A stretch of 64,000 bases of DNA from Amphiscolops sp. MND2022 (taxonomy: Eukaryota). Made by a program: the position numbers and the translations under genes. The stretch lies in the NCBI GenBank assembly GCA_964187785.1, contig OZ076409.1:96350001-96414000 (forward strand). The letters run 5' to 3'. Below the pieces are notes generated by a model that ran no database searches, was not told where the DNA came from, and was given only the letters and a program-made list of their open reading frames with translations. Every line of letters starts with the position of its first letter. The stretch's first letter is position 1. Of this stretch, positions 13,481-25,256 are shown piece after piece.

Positions 13481-15301
13481 AAGTGGAGTAAAATGTTAAA
13501 GGGGTCTCTTGGTCAACAGAAACCAATTCGTTTACCCCTTTCTTTTTCTGGCTTCTAGTAGTCATCTTAGAAAGAGAGAAAGAGAGTTCTTTGGAAATTT
13601 TTAAAGTTTTCAAAGAAAATGTTTTGTTTTCCAACGGAGCGTTTTCGTAAAAACAAAAAATTGATTGATTATTTTAAATGAGCTTCAAGTATATAGACTT
13701 TCTCAGCATCATTTGTTCCTCACCTAAAAAATTCTAGGAATCCAAAAAATCGGTTTTGTTCACAAAAAATGCGGAATCGTCCTTATCATTTCAGTCCTTC
13801 GATCATTAGTTCATAATTCGAAATTCCTAGTTACGACTCCTTTGCGGAGCAGCTGTTGAAACCATTTTCGTTCAACAATCCCATTTCCGGTTTAGTCAAA
13901 GAAATGGCGGCAACATAAAAGTCTAGTTGAAATTCCTCCGAAGAAAGTACGCTGGCGTGAACAATGATTCAGCGCGTAGATAATAAGAAATAAACGTTCG
14001 CGGCAAAAGAATGACAAGCAAAAAATGACCCCAATATTACTACGGAAAATTCTAACCTAAGCTCCCAAAGGATTTGAGCTATATTGTGGAAGGAACAAAT
14101 GATGCTGGAAAATAAAGAACACAAAACAACAATTGAGCTTACAAGTTATATATCATTGTATTTATTTACACAAACATTACATGTTCAAGAACTGCTACAA
14201 AAAGGCTTGATTGACACTTGGTCAATCAATTGGTATAGAAAGAGAGTAGGAATAGAAAAGGGCACCTTTTCAGTATCACAACGGTTTGCAAAGACAGCTA
14301 TTTCTCCTCTCTTAACCTACAGCACGACTTTCCAAATCATTCCTGGCAAGACGGAAAATAATCAGATCAGTATGTTCCTAAAGTTATGAATTATTAATTA
14401 TTCCGTAGTGGTTTTGTGTGAGCTAGAATTACTTACAGCGGACTAAGTTGATCTTTGTCTTACAATCCGCTTCGTAGTTGCTCCGTATGTGTTAAGATTG
14501 GTTATAGCAAGCTTAACCACCTCTAGTTTTACAAACTGTTACGTAGTTACTCTGTAAGTATTAAGATTGGTTATATTTAACTAGCTAGCAACGGAGGTGT
14601 AGCGGAGCAGCAGAGCCATTCCAAATCATCCTTAGTGACGTCACTTGAATACTTCTTATTAGTTCGAGCGCAAATATGCTGGTTTTAACTGCAACGCTAT
14701 TGGTCCGTAAAATTAGAAAATATAAGCCACCAGTCCCCAACTTAGTCGCGTTCATTTCGTGGTTGATGTTTATTTAGATTACGCACTTGTAATCTCAATA
14801 GACTTTGACAACTACTTCCGCCACTGTTGTGCCATTTCTATTGTGTTTTTGTATTCCCCTTTTTAGATTTGACAATGTTATCCATTGGGATCACGGATTC
14901 AAATATTGATCTCCGTTTTGTTTTCCAGGGTGGAAAAGAGTTAATCGTATCTCATTTGTGTTTTCTTCTAATTGTTTAGATTGATATGAAAAGCTGTGCG
15001 GACTGAAACCGGAAATAAACTATTTACCCTTGAAATGAGAGACCGGAAGTTTTTTGGCTTGTCAGAAATCATTTTCGAATGTTTTACGTAACGGTCACGT
15101 TTATTGAAAAAACCTTTCGCCTTAACAATTTGTCGTGCTGTAGCTTAACAAGAACAAGGTAAGACATTTACTTTTTATAAGCTGAATTTGCCATGGCCAA
15201 GTCCATTGTTGACTTTGTGTATGCCCTAATGGTAAACAAGACATCGACCGGAGCGGGTCGTGACAGCAGCTAACTGTTGTAAATAAAATACATTGTTAGT
15301 A

Positions 15302-15714
15302 CCGTAAATTTCGGCGTAAAACTCCACTTTTTTGAATTTTTGGTGGTCAAAAGTTTGGTGAGGCGGCTTATACGATGAACATAAAACGAAGACAGTTTTT
15401 TAAAATAAAAATTTTTGCTGTTTCTGAAGAAGTCACTATTCACCCATATGATGACGTTGCAGTTGATTTTCTTTTCGAAGAAGATTCAGAGCCAGAGGAA
15501 AGGGCAGATGATGACTCCTCTTTTAGTCCCTGAGAATTGAAAATTGATTTTATACCTCGAAAATTCATTCAATTTACACCTATTAAACTTTTGTTTTTCT
15601 TGATTTAGGGGGGGGGGGGCTCCCATGACGATCATATCGGAAATCAACAATTTTCTTTTCAAAATTGGGCAGGGGGCTCATACGGAGGGAGGGCTTATAC
15701 GCCGGAATATACGG
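15302..15714. mobile_element. Tc1/mariner-pogo-type MITE
   Basis: TA|CCGTAAATTTCGGCGTA ... TACGCCGGAATATACGG|TA: imperfect TIRs and a TA TSD. Confidence 0.75.
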
Positions 15715-15991
15715 TAGCTTCGGATTCAAAATTTTTCGGATGTTCTTTTTCGAAAATAATATCTTGTTGGTTTGTTTGACTTGTTATGATAAGTTACCAC
15801 AGTCATTATTTCAACCAGCCATGATCAATGAAGCAAAATTCTGTGATATTCTGGGTACCCGTGAAAACACTAATTGACTGAATCATTCGGAATTTTGGAA
15901 TAGAAAAGTTACGGAAGCTCTCTTGTCTCTTTATCAATTTGATCACCTGTATTTTTGAACGTCAATAGACTTTAGTAATGCTACATCACAG

Positions 15992-16380
15992 GAATGGAAA
16001 CACCTTTCAACCAGTACCTCAGACTTCTGGCAACGACAGGAACTGGCAATAAGCACTTTGACCAACAAATGAGCATTTGTGACCCCTGTCAACTTCGAAT
16101 TTCATTCCTGGGAAGAACCGAGACATTGGAAAGTGATTTGGATTTCCTCATCAACAATGCCACAAACTTCCATAAGGCGTTGAAGTACCTTATAAGCGAA
16201 CCAGGATCTGAGCAGACACCTAAATTGAAGCAAACGCTGTACTGGAAACTGAAGAGCGAACAAGTTGATCTGGAAGCTTTGTTGATGTTTTTGTGGAGAT
16301 ACCGTCTGGATTATCTGGCATTTGGCTACAACCCCCATGAGGCCCTGAAAAAATACAGAGACGTTTTTGGGACAAACTGA
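15992..16380 (+). CDS. Sulfotransferase terminal exon, copy A
   Basis: Phase-1 acceptor CACAG|GA. Motifs NKHFDQQMSICDPC, FLGRTETL..D and YRLDYLAFGY. AATAAA at about 16543. The spliced ORF is 391 aa. Confidence 0.8.
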
Positions 16381-17281
16381 AGTCACAATTTCTCGTTCTT
16401 ACTTTTTTGACTATTCAACAGCGCTAATGATTTGAAATTTCCGTATACTAAAGAAAAGCTTTATATTCTTACTTGGAATCCAAAAGGGAAATTCCATCAA
16501 ACTTCTTATAACATACGGATCAACACTCCACTTTCTGCAGACAATAAAGTTTTCCATCGGTTTGTTTCATTTTTTTTTCAGCGCAAAACCTCGCCTTCTC
16601 CAGACTATTTTGTGTGGCGGAAAATATCTCAGTGCTTAGCGGGCGTCTTCTTTCATTTTAGTTCTTGATGTGTCCCCCTTTCTGATCATTTTGTCCAACT
16701 ACGTCAGTGATTTCATATCTTGGTGAAACAGGACCTAAATGTGTTCAGTACCATATTACAAGGCTAGAAAATAGCAGAGCGTCGTTAGCACTGCGACAAC
16801 AATGTTTTTCAAAGGGTTTCTTTTGATTTTTTTTGTGTTTACAGTTAAAGAAAAGCTTTTCACTAGATCGAAAGCTGTCGTTAAAGTAATTCTTTGAGCT
16901 TTTTGAGCCGTATATGGGTCGCCGAATTGATCCGTTCTCGGTTTGTTGAAAATAGTACTGGGTGAATGAAAATGTTCATTGCGCCTTGTTGTATTTTTTT
17001 GTTCTAAAGCTAATTTTGGTAGAATTTTTTTCAATTTTCAGATTCAAATTGGATTTTTTTCTGAAAGCGCTGCAAAGGATACCTGATTGTTAGAGTTTTT
17101 GTAACATAATGTACAATTCGTTCTTTTCTGCAGTAGACCGATCATGATGAGCGGTTGATATAAACATGCCAACATCGGTTTTCAGTCGGGAAGGTGGAAT
17201 GGGAATATTTAATTGAATTTTTCACTATACCACATGTTTCTTGTTTACAAAATCCGGGAAGCGCCTTTTCGAAGCAATTGA

Positions 17282-17890
17282 AACAAGACGGGAACGTCTA
17301 AGGTTGGCGCTATATCTAAGGCTCAAAAAGCGCAAAATTTTTAAAACTGTAAAAGGGGGGACCCTTTGGGCTTTTTGAAAATCCAGTTTGTTGCAAAATA
17401 TCAAAAAAATTGAAGGGGGCCAAATTCGATTTTTTTAAACTTTCGAAAAAAAACGAAAAATTTTGAACAGTCTCATAGTGCCGAAATACTTAAAAAGGGA
17501 GAACCTTTTGGGCTTTTTGGCACTTTAGTTTGCTGCAAATTATCGAAAAAACTTGACAGTGGGACCCTTTGAAGGCAAAAAAATTCAAGAAAAAGTCACA
17601 CAGTGCCGAAAAAATTGAAAGCGGGAACCCTTCAGTCTCGCCCGCTTTCGCAAATGCTCGAAAAAGTTTTTGGCTAAAGCAAGGACTCGAACCCGTGACC
17701 GCTGGGTTCACCGTAAACCGAGTAAAGTCTGTACTAAAAAGTGGTACATACACGATGAGGTCTGTGGTCTGACGAAAAAAGAAAAAAACTAGCCACTGTA
17801 ATAGTCGGGCTCTTTTCACTGTAGAAGCGCCGACTAAAAAACTAGCCACTGTAACAGTCCGGCACTTTTCACTGAAATGCGCCGACTAAA
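17282..17890. mobile_element. Helentron/HINE (DINE-1-like) non-autonomous element
   Basis: AACAAG terminus, subterminal inverted GTYGGCGC/GCGCCGAC, terminal hairpin AGTCGG..CCGACT (tandemly duplicated), A/T-run flanks and internal tandem units. B-box GGTTCGAGTCC on the - strand at 17683-17693. Confidence 0.55.
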
Positions 17891-18278
17891 AACCATAGGA
17901 ATTTTGAATTGTTTTTGGAGAAAAACGCCAATGAAGTGGAAACTCTCCAGTATTTTTTGCGCGGTTTTTGCTTGATTTGTTACAATAACTAACCACAGTC
18001 TTTTATTCAATCAGCCATGATCAACGAAACATTTTGCTGACTTAGCAGTGACCTGTATATAAATATGGAGAGATTCTGGTTAACCGTATCATTGACTGTA
18101 TCATGTTGTTTGATATATTTTGGAGTTAGGAAAGTTACCAAAGTTTTTCATTTCTTGGTTTTTTTTTCTCATTTTCATCAATAAAGTCTCTTGAGGTTCA
18201 GAAAATAAAGGAGATCAAAGTGACAAAAAACGAGATGAAAAACTTTCGATTTTTTGCTGATTAAAAGCATCATCACAG

Positions 18279-18667
18279 GTGCCGAAACACCTTTCAACCA
18301 GTACCTCCGACTTCTGGCAACGACAGAAACCGACAATGAGCACTTTGACCAACAAATGAGCATTTGTGACCCCTGTCAACTTCGAATTTCATTCTTGGGA
18401 AGAACGGAGACATTGGAAAGTGATTTGGATTACCTAATCAACAATGCCACAAACTTCCATAAGGCGTTGAAGTACCTTATAAGCGAACCAGGATCTGAGC
18501 AGACACCTAAATTGAAGCAAACGCTGTACTGGAAACTGAAGAGCGAACAAGTTGACCTGGAAGCTTTGTTGTTGTTTTTGTGGAGATACCGTCTGGATTA
18601 TCTGGCTTTTGGCTACAACCCACATGAGGCCCTGAAAAAATACAGAGATGTTTTTGGGACAGACTGA
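18279..18667 (+). CDS. Sulfotransferase terminal exon, copy B (tandem duplicate)
   Basis: Phase-1 acceptor CACAG|GT, same length as copy A, open frame with 7 amino-acid differences, AATAAA at about 18844 and 18861. Confidence 0.8.
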
Positions 18668-19607
18668 AACGTGGCATCACAATTTGTCATGCTACGTTTT
18701 TTTGACTATTTAACAGTGCTGATACTTTGAAATTGCCTTGACCCAGAGAAAAGCATTCTATTCTCACGTTGGAATTCTAAAATGGAAATTCTATCTGACA
18801 TCTAAAAACGTACGCTTGTTTTTCATTCGTATACAAATAATATAATAAAATTTTTCATATAATAAAATATTTTATCGTTTTGTTTCCTTTTGATTTTCAC
18901 TGCAAAAAAATTAGCACGTTGTGCATCAAATGATTGAAAAAGCCTGTTAATGGAAAAAATCTATTTGAATGATCAATCAAGGGAGACATGTGTTTGACAA
19001 CTCTAATTTTCACAGGGTAGCTGCTATAAAACACTGATTAGAAATGCTTTTGTCATAAATCAGATCTCTCAGCAAATGAGAATGACTAATAATGCTTTTG
19101 TCATAAATCAGATCCCTCGGAAAATGAGAATTAACGACAATTTAAGCAAATTTTGAATCTGAAATGAACAGCTGTGTTCAAAAAAGTTCACTGGAATTGT
19201 ATTTTTTTTGGAAAACGTCACAAAATATCCTAATCTCCCCAAAAATGATGAAAAGTACTTCAAGTACTTTAAAGTTCTAGCCCCAGTCTCAAACATTTTT
19301 CTAAGGTCAACAAAGTTTCAAAGTCGATCCATTCTCATAAGTTGGGTTACTAATGGCAGTGTCACTACAAAAAATCAAGCAATTCCGCTACCTTACTAAG
19401 AAATGTTTGATAATAAAGTGTTTGTTCTCATCTTCCAAGGAGTGTTTTTTTTTCGTTTACTAAATTATCGAGTTTTTTTGCGACAAAGAAATGCGAAAAA
19501 ATAACACGGCTCGTGAGATGGTAAGATGGACCATACCCTGCCAATAATAACTCACAATGAACTCATAACTGAGTTCAGTTAGTGATCACGCGAGTACATG
19601 GAATAGG

Positions 19608-19697
19608 GAGGCGGAAATTTCGTCGTCAGAAATTTCGTCGCAGGAAATTTTGTCGTATTAACACATCTAAAAATTTCGTCGTCAGAAATTTCGTCGT
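19608..19697. repeat. About 15-bp tandem repeat (GAAATTTCGTCGTCA)
   Basis: Five imperfect units. Confidence 0.7.
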
Positions 19698-20375
19698 ATT
19701 GATTAGAATTAACAGAGTTCATGAAAAATCATTTGAATTATTCATTTTTTTTATTAGAAAGAGATCCCTTATGTTCCAGTGGTGAATTTTGGCCTTTTGT
19801 CAGAAAATTATCAAAAAATCCTTGTAATTTTTGCTTTAAGTGTCGAAACAACTTCGTGTTGGGGGGATAAGAAACAAGGCGTAATGGGGGGGGGGGGCGA
19901 GTAATGGGTAAGGAACACGGTCCGAAACTGTCTCTCTCAAAACCATAACTAAAAGTAATCAATGATAGCAATAATTGCACAATTGTCGATAACTGTTAAG
20001 ATAATTAACAAGACTCAATAACTATTAAGACTCAGTATTAGGACTTTAGATCTCCTTCCAGTGGATTCCGTTTTTGTTCGTTATTTTAGATGATAAAATT
20101 CAACTTTGCTCTGCACGTTTTTGTTTGTTTCTTCAATCATCAGGGAAATGATGGAGTGATAAAAAGTGTCATGCCCAGATTAAAGTCCGTTAGAGTTTGA
20201 AAAGGCAAAGGCTAAAGTCTGAGTTTCGAGACGAGTGAATTCAATTGCAGGAGAACAGTTTTTCATTCATTCGTATCTCCGACGGTTATGCCAACTTTTT
20301 ACCTGGGCTAATTCTGGTTTTTGAGTTTTTAAATTCCATGCAGGGACCATGCGATTGCATGCGAAGAAATGGCAA

Positions 20376-20945
20376 CCCGGGTTGACCCTCTATGGGTATC
20401 TTGATAAGATATTGGCAAGATCTTAGAACAATCTTGGCTAAGATCTTGTCAAGATCATCCCATGGTATTCATTTTGCCATGGTTAGATCTTATCAAGAGA
20501 GCCATGTTGCGAAGAAAAATTGTATTGTATAATCCTATTTGGCCAGAATTCGGCCTATTTCTCTGTCTCAAACAGGTGAGGAGTTATTAGATTCTCGTCA
20601 GAATTCCGGAAGCCAGAATACGTTATCGTAATTTTTCGCAGGTTTTTGCATGCAAACTCGTTTCAGCAGGTTGAAGCATTTTGATTATGAAAACGAGTAG
20701 AAATAGTCGTTCTTGGGTGAAATAAGCCTTTAGATTGAGTCTCGGCTGCTTGTACCGAAGGTATAATGTTTTTTTACAATTTAGAATTTTGTCCATCGTG
20801 ACAAGATACGAACTTGGAATAAGCATTATCTTAGTAAGATCTTAATAAGAATCTTGCCATGGGATCCATGGTCGCCAAGATGTAGTGAGAATTTGGCAAG
20901 ATCTTGCCAAGACAGCCAAGATGCTAGTAAGAGGGTCAACCCGGG
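20376..20945. mobile_element. MITE with CCCGGGTTGACCCTCT TIRs and AAGATCTT-rich subterminal repeats
   Basis: Perfect 16-bp TIR. Related fragments at about 24740-24845, 31370-31420 and 63500-63600. Confidence 0.75.
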
Positions 20946-21792
20946 CAGCTATGTACGTGAACAATGCCTGGAGTTCACATTGTTTGTCAACACTGGTATG
21001 GTGTGAAAACATAAACATACCATCTGCGAGGATGTTATGCGAAGACCATCTACAGTCGCTTGACTGATAAAAAGCACGCATGCCTGGGACCTTCCTTCAA
21101 TGCAAGGCGACTTGACAGTGAAACCTAATCCGAGCCAGGGCTGCTTTATCCGCCGCAAATGAAGGCTGGCTTCTGCTTCTAATGTAGCCTCTGAAACTAA
21201 GTTTCTAAAAAAATTAAAATTCATATTTAAATCACTATTTGATTCAAACCTGCCCCATACTGATGGTAACGCGGTCAAAAACAGAGTATTGTTAATCCGA
21301 AACTAAAAGCGGGGATTCTTTTTAGCTATAGATGCAAAAGATTATCTGATTTTTTTAAATAAAATGTTTCCGAAGAAGTGACAATTTCTGTCTGAGAAAC
21401 TCGCAAAAAAGGTCGGTGTTTATCAACCCGAGATTTTTATCGCACACGTTTACTTGTATTTTCGTTGAGCTACTTTAACAATTATCCAAGTTCAACGTTC
21501 GTCAACTTGAATTGGACTCGAATTACATAATGTAAATGCCCCTCAAAATATATCTCAGATTTTGCATGTTTCCACGCATAAATACTTGTACAACTTTTCG
21601 GTTCTTGTTCATTCAGATCAAAAATTGAGACGAACAACCAATGAGGTTTGTTCAAGAATATATCTAATCGAAGTTCTTCAATTGTGTTTCTAAACCAACT
21701 CAACTGCAAAGATCAAAGAGAGCAATCATGGCTAAAAACTGTCATTTGAAACTAATCCGATGTCAATCTGGAATCATAGCGAAAGAATTTAC

Positions 21793-24611
21793 TCAACCAA
21801 AAAAAGGAACGCACAAAATATTCACTTTTCAAAATCGTATTATTTGTAAACAAGACACTGATAATCTTTCACTTTCTCTGTCAATCATCCGGTGGTAGAT
21901 TGTATAGTCGAACGAGTTTGAAGGCGAAAGAATTTAACGTTGACACTCTACAGCCGGTGGTAGGTTGTATAGCCGAACGGCAATAATGCAGAACAAATTT
22001 ATAGCAGAACCGAATCGAATTCTTAATTGTGATTGGTCGCTCCGTTCGACAGCGAGCTTTGAATGATGAAACTATTATGCAACTTGACAATCGGTAAGAG
22101 GAAATGAAACTCAATGAGGTAGTTTGCTAATTTCGTTGTCCAATCAGATTTGATATCGGCTTTATATTCGTTCTCCTTAAAGCTCATTCGGTTATACGAA
22201 CGGCTACCTCTACAGCCAACATCTACAGATTACGTAATCATTGAAAACTAGCAGTGGTGAGCAAATTTGAAAATGGATGTAATCGGAATGCAGCAATGTG
22301 GGTCCGGTAGCGGTTCGTACAACAATTGCTTATTTCGTCGTCAATCAGATTTGAGATCGGCTTTATATTCGTTCTTTTTAGAGCTCGTTCGGTTAAACGA
22401 ACGGCTATTCAATCATCTCCTCATTACGTAATCGAATCTTCAACAGAGAACAATCCGAACCTTCATTAAAAATGTTGTCGTTTTTACCAGTCATTTCAAT
22501 CACACTTTTGATGTGTGAAAGCTTCCTGGCTTCGAAGAAAAGTTGTCAAATTCAATGACTAACAAGCTGAATTGCAATGTTCAGAGTGAACCTAAAAAAA
22601 CGGAATGCACAAAAAATTGGCAGCAGCGTTCAAAATTGTGAAACGTTTGTTTACAAATATTTAAAGCTTTGAGAGCCCAAGTTTTTGTGCATTCAGTTTT
22701 TTAGGTTCACTCTGAACATTGCAATTCAGCTTGTTGAATTCAAGTGGGCAACTTCACTTCGAAGCGAAAGAACTTTCACGCATTAAAAGTGAGAGCTAAA
22801 CGATGGTCAAGACGTCTAGACTTTTTGTGATGGTTCAAACCATCCTTAGTTGAAGATGCTATCTCTTGTTTACAAATAATACGATTTTGAAGACGCAAAT
22901 TTTTGTGTGTTCCGTTTTATATGGTTCACCTAGTAGGTGAACCAAAAAAGGAACGAACAAAAAATTTGCTGTTCAAAAGTTGTACTATTTGTAAACAATT
23001 CGCTGATAAGTATTCACTTTTTCGGTCGAGCATTCAAAATAATGCTTTCATCACGTAATCAAATCTCCAACTGAGCATGTTTTAAACCTTCCAAGAAAGT
23101 CCAGACATTTTTACAGAGTCACTTTGTTCTCACTTCTGACATGCGAAAGTTCTCTGACCCTCGAATGTGTGAAAAAAATATTGTCAAATTGAATGATTGA
23201 CTAGCTGAACTTGGTCATTTAAAGTTGTTTTGAAATGTTTGTTGACTAATATTAGACGTCTTGAAAACACAAAAATTTTTATGCGTTCCGTTTTTTTTTG
23301 GTTCACCTAATAACAGTCAATTTCTCCATCTCGGCTTGAAGATCCAACTGATTCAATTGAAATCGTTTCTTACTCTTTTGAAACGAGTTATTTTATTTGG
23401 TTGATTGAAGCAATGTTTTAGATCTCCTACGCATTTCTGACGTAATTCATCATCTAATGCGATGAAGAAAGCGAGGTCTCCCTAAAATTTTATGAATTTT
23501 CAGAACAAATAAAAGGAATATAAGGATGATTTACATTAAACATCTTGACTACATGGATGTTATCGGTTTATGAAACTGAATAAATAGGTGGGGTATCTTC
23601 TGTCTTTGATTTGAAGATTCTTCGATAAGGGGTTGACAGGTTGAATTTGGTTCAAATAGGCACAAACCTTGATTAACTTATCTGATCCATGGTAAATAAT
23701 AAGAACCCTGTTCAAACCCATAACCATCTGAAAATTCAACAATCAAATTCCCTGAAAATTAACATCAGATTATAAACTTTACCCCACATTCTATTATGTT
23801 TCATTACATGTTTTATTTTGACCCATTATCAATTATTGATATTCATATTCGTATTACATTGTTTTTCCAATTTTAACTCTCCACTTAGTGTTTAAACTCT
23901 TTGTTTAAATTCACAAATTTTTACTTTACTGAAAAACTTTATAAAAGTTATAATTTTTGAGCGGCCTCTTATACTTAGGAAGTCTCACGAAACTTAGCAA
24001 TGTCCGGTGAGAAATCATCGTCTTTGGGGTGTTTTTCCCTTTTTACAATGTGTCCCGTCATTCTACTCAATGCCTACTCAGGGGTAAAATTCTCCATGCT
24101 CGCTCCAATTTTCCCCAACGAGGCCATAAACGGTGACTCTGTGACGTCATAAATCCACATTTGCTCAGTAATCCACTTTCAAACAATTTTGAAATGACTT
24201 CACCCGAAGATCTTAATCAATTCCAGGCACTGTTCTAGATGATCCAAAAAACGGAACACACCAAAAACATAACTCTCCAAAAACGAAATATTTGAAAACA
24301 AGTTGCTGTTGAGCTTTCACTTTTCCGTCAAGCATTCAAGAGGAAGTTTTCATTACGTCATCAGATCTTCAGCTATGCACATTTTAAACACTTCAAGAAA
24401 GTCTAGTTATTTATACCAGTCACCACTTTGTCCGCACTTCTGATGTGTCAAAGTTCTTTGACACTCGCTTGTGTGAAAGAAATGTTGTCAAAATGAATGA
24501 TTGTCAAGCTGAATTTCAGCGTTCTAAGTTGTTTTGAAATGTTTGTTGACAAGATTTGACATTCTTAGAGCTCAACAATTTTTATGCGTTCCGTTTTTTT
24601 TGGTTCACCTA
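21793..24611. mobile_element. Cluster of related TA-flanked MITEs (TIR GGTGAACCAAAAAA.GGAACGCA)
   Basis: Copies at about 21793-22931, 22937-23308 and 24238-24610, plus an internal foldback with arms 22561-22620 and 22676-22736. Confidence 0.65.
24000..24132 (+). CDS. MFS transporter (SLC18B1-like), probable first coding exon (TM1)
   Basis: MSGEK...VILLNAYSGVKFSMLAPIFPNEA matches the S.LAP(F/I)FP.EA TM1 signature. Donor G|GTGAC. Too short to appear in the ORF track. Confidence 0.6.
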
Positions 24612-25256
24612 GTAAACTAGTAAAATGTGCTGAACGGCCCTTTACTTCCTTACATGAACATTATACATGAATATTTTAATTATCCTATTTTAAAGTTTTT
24701 TGGCAACTATAGGACAGATAGACCCTCAGGGCATATGTCCTGCCAAGATCATGGTTCCATCTTACGTGAGGCCTTGCAAAGACCTTGCTTGTCATGGTAG
24801 TTTACTTGCCTCGGTAAGATATTATTAAGCCAGGCATGGTCCCAACACAAATTGTGAGTAAAAGGGCACCAAAAAACTGGTGACAAAAAATTGACCAAGA
24901 AATGCATAATCGCAAGAAAAAGTTTCAGATCATTATCAGCAGAAAGACTTACAAAAATAAAAATTGTGGAAAAAATTGAAATTAGTGCGCGGAATGAGAA
25001 TCAGTTCAGTTAGGAACACATTTTACAAAGTAAGTCGTTCAAACCTAAAACTTTGGTTTTCGAAAAATCCCACTTATTCAGGAAACCATCATCAACGTTG
25101 AAACAAGCCCTAAAAGAAAAACGGCACGGGAAACTGTTTCCATGATTTTTTTATTCGCTCTTTGAAACCTTCGAATTTTATCTTTCTTGGAAAGATTCGA
25201 TCTTGGGTTGATGACCCTTGTTGAAACTGCGTGAACGTTTTGCATGTACTTTAATG

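Noticed and set aside
14085..14900. Possible solo LTR in sulfotransferase intron 2
   Set aside because: It has a TG start and LTR-like composition, but no convincing end, TSD or second copy.
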